The position numbers and the translations under genes are program-made. The notes under the pieces were generated by a model. It did not search any database. It was not told the DNA's origin and worked only from the letters and a program-made list of their open reading frames with translations. DNA of 64,000 nt from Felis catus (taxonomy: Eukaryota): the NCBI RefSeq assembly GCF_018350175.1, contig NC_058368.1, positions 58,344,001 through 58,408,000 of the forward strand, in the 5' to 3' direction. This document shows positions 1-12,450 of the stretch, one piece after another (position 1 is the stretch's first letter; each line of letters opens with the position of its first letter).

Positions 1-138
1 CAGACATTTTGGATGTAGCCAATATTTGTTAAAAGATGAAAAACAGGAAAATTAGAAAACCAAGAATAGTAAAAACTTTTGACTTAATGGCTCTAAAATT
101 AATGCCACTTAATATGCTACCTTAAAAGATTTAAAATA

Positions 139-356
139 GGGGCGCCTGGGTAGCGCAGTCGGTTAAGCGTCCGACTTCAGGCAGGTCACGATCTCGCGCT
201 CCGTGAGTTCGAGCCCCGTGTCGGGCTCTGGGCTGATGGCTCAGAGCCTGGAGCCTGTTTCCGATTCTGTGTCTCCCTCTCTCTCTGCCCCTCCCCCGTT
301 CATGCTCTGTCTCTCTCTGTCCCAAAAATAAATAAACGTTGAAAAAAAATTTAAAA
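139..356 (+). mobile_element. Young felid carnivore SINE (SINEC_Fc-like)
   Basis: GGGGCGCCTGGGTAGCGCAGTCGGTTAAG tRNA-like head with A and B boxes, (CT)n tract, AATAAA and A-tail; perfect 15-bp TSD AAAAGATTTAAAATA at 124-138 and 357-371. Confidence 0.97.
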
Positions 357-1251
357 AAAAGATTTAAAATATGCTATTATTAAAAATAGAAGCTTTAGTC
401 TGATAGTATAAATTTGCAAAGGAAATATTGTAGTATTTTCTAAGCACACACAAAAAAGTACCCTCTAAAAGTTGGCTGAAAAACCATTATATAAATCGTT
501 GAACCAAATACTTTGAAACTTGCTAACTGCTGCTGGATTGTAATCTCTTATATGTAACTGTTGTCATCCTGTAAAATTAAAAATAAATTTTATGTAGTTT
601 ATTAGTAATTCATTCTTGCTTTGAAGTATAATCTATTACTTAACTATCCAAGTGTCTTTTTTTCTAATGCACGTGGGTCAGCAGTAGACCTATGTGTTAC
701 GGGCTTTCAAGACAGATGGCTTGCAATTGTCATTACATTGGAGTTAACCACTAAATACCCCATCGGTCTGTTTGATGTATTATGAATGCTAGCTAGAATC
801 TTCCTTGTACTGAGTATACAATCTATGGCATCTGCCCATTTTCTGCTTCATTGTACTTTGTCAAAAATAGTCATTTCATTTTCAAAAGGTTTATTATCAA
901 TGAGAAGCATGCTGAGCCTACAGTTCATGCACACTAATGGAATGTCTATCAGCCTTGGAAAGTGTGAACATACCATAAATTTGTGACACTAATCGTAGCA
1001 ATTTTACAAAGTGGGATGGTGCACTGCAAATCAAGAAATTAATGTAGAGTTTGATATACTAAGATTGTTCTTTACTGAGAAGCATTTTCTTCTATCAAGT
1101 GGAGCCATCTCAATTAGTTTTTGTGGTCAAAGACTTTTCCTGTTTTGTTTCAGATGCTAGAGTTCAAAATGCAAGACATCAGCATGATATGAAAAATCCT
1201 AAAGCCCCATTGCTTTAAAATGCTTACATCTTAAACGTGAACAATAAAATT

Positions 1252-1470
1252 GGGGCAGCTGGGTGGCTCAGTCAGTTAAGTGTCCGACTTCAGCTCAGGT
1301 CATGATCTCATGGTTCATGTGTGTTCAAGCCCCCTCATCAGTCTCTGTGTTGACAGCTTGGAGCCTGGAGCCTGCTTCAGATTCTGTGTCTCCCTCTCTC
1401 TCTGCCCTGACCCCACTCACGCTGTGTCTCTCTCTCAAAAATAAATAAACGTTAAAAAAAATTTTTTTAA
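1252..1470 (+). mobile_element. Carnivore SINE (older)
   Basis: GGGTGGCTCAGTCAGTTAAG head, CT tract, A/T tail, degenerate TSD GT(G/A)AACAATAAAAT. Confidence 0.95.
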
Positions 1471-2094
1471 TGTAAACAATAAAATAAATTAACGGGAAAA
1501 GCTTTATTATGGTATCTATGTCTCACTTAATTAAATTAAAACTTTAGGCACCACTATCTCAACATCAAAGCAAAATTTTGGACAAGGCTGAGTTGACTAA
1601 AATTAAGAGAAAAGATTGAATTAATTTGAAGCAGAGTAAAAAGCTTGGCTGAATGTGAAACCACAAATCATCTTGATGTCTAGGCCAAGCAGAGAGAATT
1701 AGAATATGTGCAGAGAAACTTTAAAGGTAATGGAAATTTGTAGATTGACGATAACAAAGCAGATTGAATGGATGTGACTAACAGAAAGCTATGGCCACAA
1801 ATGTTGGGGCCAACAGTGTGAAATTGCATAACAAATATCCATGAATTTGAAAAGAAGTTCAAAATAAGATACTAGTTATTGAGAGGGATTAGACTAATAC
1901 TGAATGCCAAGGTGTCACACATTATTCAAAGTGCTTGGGAGACATACTGTTGTCGCCATGTTGTTTCTAATAGAGGAGAGAGATAGTCAATAATAAAAAA
2001 ATGATATTAGAATAATGGAGCAGAAACAGAATTGGTGAAGGCAGAGAAACCTCTTATGAAGCTGGTGCTGTAAGCCAAGAGATGATGGTGACTT

Positions 2095-2360
2095 AAAAAC
2101 TAAATGCAATGTGGTATCCTGGATAGGATCCTGGAACAGAAAAAGGACATTAGGTAAAAAGTAAAGAAATCTGAATAAAGTATGGGTAGTTAATAATAAT
2201 GTATCAATATAGGTTCATCCATTGCAACAAATGTGCCATGCTAAATGTCAGATTTTAGTAATAGAAGAAAGTGTGTATGGGTTGGAGGGTATATAGGAGG
2301 AACTGTGCTCAATTTTTCTGTATATTTCAAACTGCTCAAAAATTAAGATTATTATCAATA
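2095..2360 (+). mobile_element. Ancient L1 3' UTR fragment (L1MC-like)
   Basis: TAAATGCAATGTGGTATCCTGGATAGGATCCTGGAACAGAAAAAGGACATT motif typical of L1MC 3' ends. Confidence 0.8.
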
Positions 2361-2502
2361 AAATAATATAATATGAAATAATAATAGCAATAAATGCTCA
2401 ATCTTGTCTTTGCAGTCCTGTATATTTCTTTCCACTTAACTACTTTGCTTTGCTGATTATAGTCTTTTGGCCTCTGGTTCTCATTTTCTTCAAGTTACTG
2501 GG

Positions 2503-2718
2503 TTTTTTTTTTTAATGTTTATTTATTTTTGACAGAGAGAGAGAGGGAGAGACAGAGCATGAGCGGGGGAGGGGCAGAGAGAGAGGGAGACACAGAATCT
2601 GAAGCAGGCTCCAGGCTCTGAGCTGTCAGCACAGAGCCTGACACAGGGCTCGAACTCACGGACCACGAGATATGACCTGAGCTGAAGTCAGACACTCAAC
2701 CGACTGAGCCACTGAGCC
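2503..2718 (-). mobile_element. Carnivore SINE
   Basis: poly-T, TTTATTTATTTTTGA, (GA)n, GAAGCAGGCTCCAGGCTCTGAGCTGTCAGC; 5' end altered. Confidence 0.95.
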
Positions 2719-2938
2719 TCAATTACTTTTTTTTAAGCAGTGCATCTCAGTGATTTTTATAATGTCCAACACCTGTCTACATTTATTCAAAACTTTTTTT
2801 CTACTATTTATTCTACTATCCTTCCCGCCCCAATCTACTGAGTCTGCTTTTTTGGCACTCTTATGTGAGGGATATATTTTTATTGTTGTTATTTATTCTT
2901 CATTGCTTTTTGTTTTAGGTAGTAACGTTCCACCTTCT

Positions 2939-3024
2939 CAATCCAGGTACTAACCAGGCTCTACCCTGCTTAGCTTCCAATATCAGACAAGATCAGGAGC
3001 ATTCAGGGTGGTATAGCTATAGAA
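2939..3024 (-). pseudogene. 5S rRNA retropseudogene, 3'-truncated (~nt 1-86), no poly(A)
   Basis: Reverse complement reads TCTATAGCTATACCACCCTGAATGCTCCTGATCTTGTCTGATATTGGAAGCTAAGCAGGGTAGAGCCTGGTTAGTACCTGGAT, matching the 5' part of mammalian 5S rRNA with mostly CpG-type transitions. Confidence 0.95.
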
Positions 3025-4902
3025 TGTAATGTTTCGTCTTCTATCTTTATCATTTATCTCTATCTTAAGAGATTTAATGTACTTCATAATGAATGTCAAA
3101 AACTTAATACTTATTCATGTGTAGTTTACTTTTAGTCTATCCATTAAAAATTGTTATGGGAATAATCATATTTTAATTTTCAAAATTTATTGTTCTATTC
3201 TCACCCAGTTAAATGCAAATTGCTACCTTCTCTGCACTTTTACAAGAGCTATTGAATTAGATAAGGAAAAGCCCACAGTCATGCAGATTTTTATCAATTT
3301 AAATAGGTCACCACAGACTGAAATAAAAAAAAAAAAGAAAGAAAACCTGCATCCTTTGAGGGCCTGATCTTGAATATAAAGGAGCCAAACCACTTCAAGA
3401 CACAATCGCTCTTACAATCCATCTGGTGGAAACATTAGCAATGGAAGTATAATTTGGCTACTTCTCTATTCTGTTTTCTTTACTAGTTAACAAAAACGAT
3501 ATTTAATAATCAACTCTACCAATCCACTATTCCATTCTCTTGAACTTGTGATTGGGTAACATTTATATGCTTCTGTTATAAAGCCTGAACAATTATTTTA
3601 TAATACCTGTTTAATGTAATTATTTTCTTCTGTGTTAAAAACATGTTGAGAGAAATATTTGCCCAAAATCCAGAAGTAGCAAAATTAAACCCACCAAATC
3701 CATAAATAGTGTTTAGTAAGAATTTATTGTGCATGCAAGAATAGTTCATAAACTGGGAGCTTTCAAAAATAAAAATAGATATGAAGCTCAGGGGCATGAA
3801 GTTACAGAATGGACATACAGTAGAAATGAGAAAATTATTTAACCTTTACAATGATTGGTTAATGCAATGGGGGCTTCCTGACATCAAGGGATTGGTTAAA
3901 AGTGATTTTCTCATACCATTTTTAGGAGATGACTTATAAAAGTTTCTTTTATAATTATCAGAAGCATTTACCAGAAATAACCAAAGTTACGTGAAATAAG
4001 CTAGATTTAATTTTGCTGACTTGGCTTAAATGTTTTGTCTGCTCAGGGAATTCCGTTCAGTCTCCATTTTGTATTTAATTTAACATGTTATAAAGTCTTC
4101 CTATAACTGTGTGATGGAAATTTCTAAAAACTGAGGAAGAGCAAACTTAAGTGTTCCATAGACTTTTATTAAAATGTTATTAGTGTTCTTTCCAGTGCTT
4201 AGCCATTTAGGTGAGATTTTCGATCACTTGGATATTCCTGCACAAAAGTAGTGCTGATTATTAGGTAATCTGATATCTGGCAATAGAGAGTTTGCTGGCT
4301 CCCACAAAGCTGCCTGAAAATTATACATAACTGATGTCCTAGTAGAGAAAGAGTATACTCAATGCTTTCCTATACTCTATAGGCTGGTGTTTGGAGTCCA
4401 TATTGGAATTTAGTCACTGTTTCATTTTATGTTAGCTAAAAAGGTATCAAAATTATTATTGGATTATATGTCAGTGATTCTGGGCCTTCTTTGGAAATTG
4501 CTGACAAGTTTCCTTAGAAGAAGCAGGTATTGGAATCAACCATCTTGTCCATGACTATTGCTAAACATAGCATTCAGACATAGGCATCAATATATATTTT
4601 GTTGATTGAATAAATATTTTAAAAAATGACTATTTATTATAAACTTGGCAACAGCCATGGGTTACATAACTTTCTATTACAAGCTAATTTATGATAGTTT
4701 ACTGATTTTTTTTGCAAGCATATTTAAACATATAATTTTTTTGCAAGCATAAACATATAATCATGTTGAATAAAACAGATACATAGACAATAGGTTAACA
4801 AACTCTCACCGATTATAATGCAGAGCTATTAACCTTTATTAAGCATATTTAAAATTCAGTGTTATTCCAGCAACAAATTATTGACTCAAACTCTTAAACC
4901 AT

Positions 4903-5119
4903 GGTGTACCTGGGTGGTTCAGTCAGTTAAGTGTCCAAATCTCAGCTCAGGTCATGATCTCATGGTTCCTGGGACCAAGCACTGCACCAGGCTCTACGCT
5001 GACAGCATGCAGCCTTTATGGGATTCTCTCTGTCCCTTTCTTTGCCCCTTCCCCACTCACGTACAAGTGTGCGTGCACTCTCTCTCTCCCTCTCTCAAAA
5101 TAAATAAACATTTAAAAAA
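4903..5119 (+). mobile_element. Carnivore SINE (old)
   Basis: CCTGGGTGGTTCAGTCAGTTAAG head, CT tract, AATAAATAAACATT. Confidence 0.92.
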
Positions 5120-5125
5120 TCCTCT

Positions 5126-5297
5126 GGGTCGCCTGGGTGGCTCAGTCAGTTGAACGTCCAACTTCGGCTCAGGTCATGATCTCACAGTTCATGAGTTCGA
5201 GCCTTGCATCAGGCTCAATGCTGACAGCTTGGAGCCTGGAGCCTGATTCAGATTCTGTGTCTCCCTCTCTCTCTGCCCCTCCCCCACTCATGCTCTG

Positions 5298-5329
<32 letters not shown>

Positions 5330-5378
5330 CTTCAAAAACAAATAAAAAAAACACTAAAAAAATAAAAATAAAAAATAT
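5126..5378 (+). mobile_element. Carnivore SINE directly following the previous SINE
   Basis: GCCTGGGTGGCTCAGTCAGTTG head, long (CT)n, A-rich tail. Confidence 0.95.
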
Positions 5379-5460
5379 TCTTAAATCAAAATATTTATTA
5401 AATGGTTGAAATTATGAGGCATCTTAATTCACAAATTTATTTTTTATTATTTTGGAATTT

Positions 5461-5696
5461 TATTTTTTATGTCTTTTTTCTAATATTTTTTAATGTTTAT
5501 TTATTTTTGGGAGAGAGAGAGAGAGATAGCACAAGCAGAGGAGGGGCAGAGAGAGAGGGATACACAGAATCCAAAGCAGGCTCTAGGCTCTGAACTGTCA
5601 GCACAGCTGACACATGGGGCTCTAACCCACAAACCAGGAGATCATGACCTGAGCTGAAGTTGGCCACTTAACCAACTGAGCCATACAGGCACCCCC
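5461..5696 (-). mobile_element. Carnivore SINE
   Basis: T-rich tail, (GA)n, ends CAGGCACCCCC. Confidence 0.93.
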
Positions 5697-7189
5697 AGTT
5701 TTAGAATTTTAAACTAGAATGTGAAAATTCATGAAATAGTAACAAATGTATAGCTCAAAATGGACTTTATAAAAATGTGTTTTTAAATAAATTTCTACTG
5801 TTATTTGATTTATCACAATATTTGATATTTGTGTGATATTATCTTTTTTGACTGCTGTAACTGGGTACTTCAGGGACTGGATTATGTTTTAGAAATAGCA
5901 CTAAATGGGAATCCAGACATAGGATTAAACTATTTGAGTATATATTCTCCCATTTAGTTTTTAACTTTGTGAAGGAAATTTAAGCCCTCTGGGACTAAAT
6001 GTATTGACTAAGTGTATTAATACACTAAAGGTGTATTTTATAACACCTTATAGAAAACTATGTAAATATCAACATTTTTTTCAGTTTTGTCATTATGTAA
6101 TTGAAATTTGTTCACATCTTATACTACCAAAGTAATACAAAATTAGGAAGATATCTTACTTAATATAAAACTGGTCTCTGAGTTTTTTGATTTCAACTGC
6201 ATTCTAAATAAAGTCTCTGGAATAGCACGTTTTTTAAATTATTTTTTAAACAACCTAAATGTAATGAGTTACATGTAATTTAAACAGAATATATATGCTT
6301 TTCTTTTTCTTGTCTGAAAAGTCATTTATTATTTATTTAACTTATCCTTGGACTTTACCTTATATATTATCATTTGTTGTTAAACTTCCTTTTGCCATGT
6401 GTTCATTTAAAGCAATATTTGCCTCAGGAATAATAGATTATCCATCATGTATACAGAAGTTATCTGATACTTAATTTATTAGTGTGAAGACTAAAATGCC
6501 TTAATCTGATTGTTAAACTCACCAACTTGAATCCTAGTGTTGTTAGGTTCAGAAAATATCAGAAAGGAGACTATTCACTGTAGTTAACTGTGTAAATTGA
6601 CATTTCAATACAAGCACAATACAATTTTAATCAATTCATTTCTTCCTTGATTATTCACAATAAGCTTTTTTCACCTTTGCATCTGTTAAGAACAATAGCA
6701 CCATATTGTCACAACAGATTTGCTATAATAGAATTTACATTTTCACTCCAATGAGAAAGTAGTCTTTCATGTTTTCTTCTTAGTAAGCTATTGGCTATTT
6801 TGATAGGTTGGTGTTAACTAATGACCAGTCTGTAAGTAGGTGACACATTTCCTCATTTATAGATATTTTTCTCTATCTTTTTTAGTTAAACAGCATAGAC
6901 ACTTCTTAAAATATTTCCTCATGAAATCTTTGACTGTGACTAATTTTGTTATTAAAATCTTTTCACAGAATATACTATTTCAAATTTATAATTAAGTGAT
7001 TATTATTAAAGATACGAAATATTTGTACAATTTTAAATAATTATTTAAAGCAGATCTTAAATACTAAATTATTTTTATCTCCTTCCAATGTTAGCCCTTT
7101 CTCCCATATGCTGATACCAATAGATTATTATAATGGTATATACTTAATGTAAATATTTATTTATTAAACTATTTTACATTTAATTTATT

Positions 7190-7305
7190 AATTTAATTAA
7201 TATTGAAGCATAGTTGACTTACAATGTTACATTAGTTTCAGGTATACAGCACAATGATTTGGCAATTCCACACACTACATTATATTCACCATGATAACTA
7301 TAGCG
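7190..7305 (-). mobile_element. L1 3' end fragment
   Basis: TTGAAGCATAGTTGACTTACAATGTTACATTAGTTTCAGGTATACAGCAC is the reverse of an L1MA/carnivore L1 3' terminus. Confidence 0.75.
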
Positions 7306-7329
7306 TATTTTTAAGATATTTCATATTTT

Positions 7330-7378
7330 TGATATTTGGTTGAGTACAAAAAACTGATATTTGGTTGAGTACAAAAAA
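7330..7378. repeat. 25-bp tandem duplication
   Basis: TGATATTTGGTTGAGTACAAAAAA present twice, separated by one C. Confidence 0.95.
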
Positions 7379-7621
7379 AAATCACCTATTGTATTTTTGT
7401 AATGCACATCTAATTGGTTCAGATTTCTGAATGATTTTTTTCCCTAGGAAGGTTTCAGAATTAAATTTCTTTACAACATCATCTTCCTTATTCTCAAAAC
7501 CTGCTTAGAATTGCTTTTGTGAAAATGCAGTATGGTCTTAAATAACTTTAGTGATTACATCATAAACAATTTAAGTAAGGGATACTCCTCCTCAGAAGTA
7601 AATCTTTCTTTGTAGTTGATG

Positions 7622-7860
7622 GAATAATAGCTAACGCTTTTATAGCCCTTACAATGTGCCAAACATTTCTAAGTGCTTTACATTTTTTAACATATTTAAT
7701 CTTTTAACATATTTAATTTTCATAATAACTATAGGAGTTAGGTACCCTTTAAAGTTGAGCAAACTGAAGGACAAAGAGGTTAAGTAACTTGCACAGTATC
7801 ACCGAGTTAGAAAGATGAACAAAACAACTTTCTAACCCAAATATTTTAGCTCTTATTTAT
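7622..7860 (-). mobile_element. MIR
   Basis: AATAGCTAAC...TGTGCCAAAC...CTAAGTGCTTTACAT and core GCAAACTGAAGGACAAAGAGGTTAAGTAACTTGC. Confidence 0.8.
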
Positions 7861-8067
7861 TGAATTTTGCTCTTAATTGTGAGGGTGTACTAATATTTTT
7901 TTTTCCTGTTTCATAACATTTCAATCCATTATCTCACTGGAATAGAGAAACACAAACAAGTCCACCATACAATTTTCTATTTTTTTATAAAGAAAGTGTG
8001 ATATTTTCATGCTAATAATGAGGGAATTTAGAAACTCCATAAGATGTGGTTAAGAATAGAGGTCTAT

Positions 8068-8280
8068 GGGGGTGCCTGGGTGGCTCAGTCGGTTGAGCGT
8101 CAGATTTCCGCTCAGGTCATGATCTCACGGCTCGTGAGTTCGAGCCCCGCGTCGGGCTCTGTGCTGACAGCTCAAGAGCCTGGAGCCTGCTTCTGCTTCT
8201 GTGTAATTCTGTGTAACCCACTCACATTCTGTCTCTGTCTCTCTCAAAAATAAATAAACATTAAAAAAAATTTTTTTTTA
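8068..8280 (+). mobile_element. Carnivore SINE
   Basis: GGGGGTGCCTGGGTGGCTCAGTCGG head; TSD AAGAATAGAGGTCTATG on both flanks. Confidence 0.96.
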
Positions 8281-8945
8281 AAGAATAGAGGTCTATGTAC
8301 TTAAGTACAAATGTTTACCAAGAATGTTAAACTCTGGAGGAAGAAAGGATTAAAAAAACAAATAAACATAAAAGTATCAAAGCTAGAAGGAATTTTACTG
8401 ATCATGATGCATTTGGTATCTATTATGGATTGGTATATTTCAAGGAATGGTAAAACCTAATTTCAGCAAACAAGTAAACAACTAGAATTATACATTTAAA
8501 CACAATTTGAGGGAAATAAATCAATACCATATTTAAGGATAAATCCTATAAAGACAGCAGCGTACTTAATGTATGCGTTAATTTGCATATTGAAATAATC
8601 ATCATTATATGTGCATATATAAATTATGCATGTGTACACATGTATATGTATAACATATAGCAAACATTCTTCATCCAACAACATGATAAAATCTGATGTA
8701 ATCGCAGTGAAAACTTTCACGTGGATAAATTCTTATAAAAAATTCTTACAATTAAGTAATTAAGTGATTTGTAATTACTACATACTTCCATGTTTTAGCT
8801 AAAGTAGTATTCTACATTAAACTTTAAAAAGAATTACTTTTAGAACCAGGATATCCTAACAGAACTTGAAGATATAAAAACAACTCAATATTTAGTCCTT
8901 GATAAAATTCTGTAATTCATATAAAATAATTTTTTAAAATATCTA

Positions 8946-9175
8946 GGGTGTTTGGGTGGCTCAGTCAGTTAAGTCTCTGACTCTTAATTTCAGCTCAGGT
9001 CATGATCTCACTGTTCTTGAGATTGAGCCCTACGTCCAGTTCTGTGCCAACAGTGTGGAGCCTGCTTGGGATTCTCTCCCTCCCTCTCCCTTTCCCTCTC
9101 TACTCTCTCTGTCTTTCTTTATCTTTCTCTGTCTCTCAAGATAAACAAATAAACATTAAAAAAATAAAAAATAAA
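8946..9175 (+). mobile_element. Carnivore SINE (old subfamily)
   Basis: GGGTGGCTCAGTCAGTTAAG, CTCTTAATTTCAGCTCAGGTCATGATCTC, CT tract, A-tail. Confidence 0.93.
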
Positions 9176-9539
9176 ATATCAATATACCCAGATATGACTT
9201 AATTCTTCAGGATCAGTTTGAAATATTTCATTATTTTTAAAATTATTACCTAAGTTGGTTTCCTTTTGTTTCCAAATATTTATTTTTATGTGTAGTGTTG
9301 TGTTCAATGAGAAGGCAAAAACCACAACAGTTATTTTAACTTAAGATATTTAGTATTAACAGTTATTAATTTGATATTAAATTTTGAGTTAGGTAACTGT
9401 AAAAGTAAATAAATATAATTAAGCCATTTCTTAGGCTTGAGGGAATCAAAGGTGGGAAGGGGGGATTACTAAAACATTGAACTTGGAAGAAGGGCCTGGA
9501 ACTCAGATCTGTGAAATGCCTTGTCTGTGCTTAGAGAAG

Positions 9540-10066
9540 GGGTTCTAGGTCCTGCCACCCGGACTTCTTAGATGTTCCTCTTTTAAAAAAAGGTGGGGTC
9601 TGTGTCCTCTTCCTCTTAATCATTACCAGACCAGTAATCAAGAGAATGTATCAGAAGTGATGCTGTGTAATTTCTGATGCTAGGTCTGAAAATCTTACTT
9701 CCCCCTGCTTCTCTTAGAACACTTGTGGAGAAAGTCATCTGCCATGTAAAAGATTGCCCTAAGATTGTGTTGGTGAAGAGGCCACTTGCATTCATTGTAG
9801 TATGTGGTCCAATTGAACTTTCAGCTGAGGGCCAGCATCAACTGATAGCAATAGAAATGAGCCATCTTGGATGATGGCCCAGTATTGCCATTGGATGATC
9901 ACATGACTACAACCTTAGCTAAAAGTTGACTGCAGTTTCACAGGGGACCCCCACAATGAGTCCATAAAGTCCCTGACCTACTAATTCTTTGTCTTTAAAA
10001 AAAGGCAGTTCTTTGCTACTGTATTTTGGGGAGTATTTTGTAATGCAGGAATAATAGCTAGAGCAG
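9540..10066 (+). mobile_element. MaLR LTR (MLT1-like)
   Basis: CAGAAGTGATGCTGTGT..., TCTGCCATGTAA, GCCAGCATCAACTG, GAGCCATCTTGGATG, and terminal TTTTGGGGAGTATTTTGTAATGCAGGAATAATAGCTAGAGCA. Confidence 0.75.
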
Positions 10067-12219
10067 AAAATAACAATAAGGACCCAAGAAGGTGGAAGTC
10101 CCTTCTTCCTCCTCTAGCCTTGAGGTCTTCCTTTAGTCCTTTCTGTTGGCAGTGCCTGGTTGGGTGGTTGCTGGCAAAACAGAAATACATTTTGGCAGTT
10201 TTAGGTTCTGCATCACAAAATAGAGTACAAAACAGCAGATTCAGAGCTGAGATACAAGAGCTAAATAAATGGTGCACAATATTTATGCAAAAGATGAAAC
10301 ACTTTTCAGGCTAAAATTAAAATGTTAATGACATTTAATAATATTTATAATGTAAATTTTAGAGGTATTTTTAAATGATTCCAATGTAGAAAACTAGAAT
10401 AGTTCCTCAAACTGGATTTGAGAAATGGCACACAGATTAATATTAAGTGGAAATAACCTGCTTTATAGAATCAGCATACATGAAGACCTAGTTATCTTTA
10501 GAATTAAGCTCCATCTCCATTATCACGGTCATGAATAATAATTAACTAATTATTAGAACAGCTTTCAGGAAATCTCATATTGTCACTAAAAGGACTAACA
10601 CACATTTAGCCTGCATCTTGTAACTCTTGATGATCGGACTATATTGGCAACATAATTCCTCAAGTTATAAGTAAAAAATAGCAAACATCAGAATCAGGAT
10701 AGATTTCATATTTTCACCATGTTATTTCCTTCTTAGATAAGGATTATTATATTGTGTTTGATTTTATACATAGTATTAAGTTTCATTATTGGAAATTAAA
10801 TAATTATTACTACTACTAATCCTATTATAATAGTTGTAATTTCCCAAAGTTCTTACCCTTAGATGAGTAGAGAGTAGAGTTTATACCTAAAAAATAATAA
10901 TATTTAATTGAGTAAGAGTTTTTACTATATTAAAATATCTTTTTTGTTAAATCTCATTCACCTTTTTAAAAAATGGCCTTTCCTTATTCATCTTATTGCT
11001 TGTAACTAGCTATCCCTAATTTCTGTACATAGAGCATTTTGAATACCTACCTTATTATTTTTATCTCATTAATTAAGCTCCTTTTTGATTCTTTACTTTG
11101 ACTATATATTTGAGATACGCAATATTTTCCACTTGTGAACTTGGCGCCCTAACCTAAGAGACATTCACCACTTTTTTCTTTAGTTTATTCTGCAACAGAG
11201 ATTCCCTAATGCTAAAATCTATAGTATTTGGTGCCTACAGTTTATTTGCCTAAAAACACCCTGAGAAGCTGCTTTTGTAAGTTTTCTCTAGTACCATAAA
11301 TTGAACATATAGATAACATTATGTGAAATAGAGATTTTAATATTCCATAGCAAAGAGTCATAAGAAATACGTGTTAGGAGTCTTATCACCACAGCCTGAT
11401 TAAAAACATAATGGGTTTGAATTCAAATTCATTGCACATTCAGGAGTGTCTGTATGTGCTATAAATTTATTTCAGTAACACAATTACCTGTAACTTCTTA
11501 AATCATTAATTAAAACATACCAAGAAACCAATTCTTTCAAGAATTATTAAGGGAAGTCTATACTTTTCAACTTCTTAATATATCTTGGGATTTCTAAGGA
11601 TAATTGATGTGTCAAGTGCTCCTTTTGTCCTATGGATTACATACTATCTTTTTATTAATTTTATTATTAATAATACATATGAATCCTGTTAATTAACTAT
11701 TATTACTCCAGTTTTTTATGCCTCCAGGTTATTTCCACTTAAGTTGGGAAAATGAAATATCATTAAGTTTGCAATGTTTCTTATTGTAACTCATTTAGCA
11801 CAACAGTTTGATAGATTCAAAGAATGGGGTAAGTGGAGAATTAACCAAAGTGAATTACCCAACAAACTCATTGATGATATTCAACATAATAGTATCTATA
11901 TTTATTTAATTGTTTTATTTTTTCTTGCTTTGCTCAATTTGAGACCAAAAACAATAGCATGCAAATAACAATAAATAACAAATATCAGGGTAAAATATAT
12001 TCTGTTTATGGAAGGAAAAATAAAAGATTAGAATATAACTATTTATTATTTCTTACAGAGTGAACAAAATATTTTCTTAGATGGAAAAAAAATTTTCCTT
12101 ACAACAAAGTTGTTAAAAAATTTAAAGCAATTTCTCACATGGAGCTGCATTAGGAAGTATGATATGATATAGAAGGGGATATATACATATATCACTTAAT
12201 TAATGATACAGCATTAAAT

Positions 12220-12450
12220 GGCCGGTGCCTGGGTGGCTCAGTCGGTTAAGCGTCTGACTTTGGCTCAGGTCACGATCTCTTGGTTCATGGGTTCGAGTCC
12301 CACATCGGGCTCTGTGCTGACAGCTCAGAGCCTGGAGCCTGCTTCAAATTCTGTATCTCCATCTCTCTCTGCCCCTCCCGCTCTCTCTCTGTCTCTGTCT
12401 CTCTCTCTGTCTCTAAAAAATAACATTAAAAAAAAAACAAACAAAAAACT
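12220..12450 (+). mobile_element. Carnivore SINE
   Basis: GTGCCTGGGTGGCTCAGTCGGTTAAGCG head, CT tract, A-tail, TSD TTAAATGG. Confidence 0.95.

Noticed and set aside
139..220. tRNA gene-like A/B boxes
   Set aside because: These are the tRNA-derived heads of SINEs, not tRNA genes.
3640..4080. Possible old minus-strand LTR with two GATTGGTT (CCAAT) motifs
   Set aside because: Could not define termini or family with enough confidence to list as a feature.
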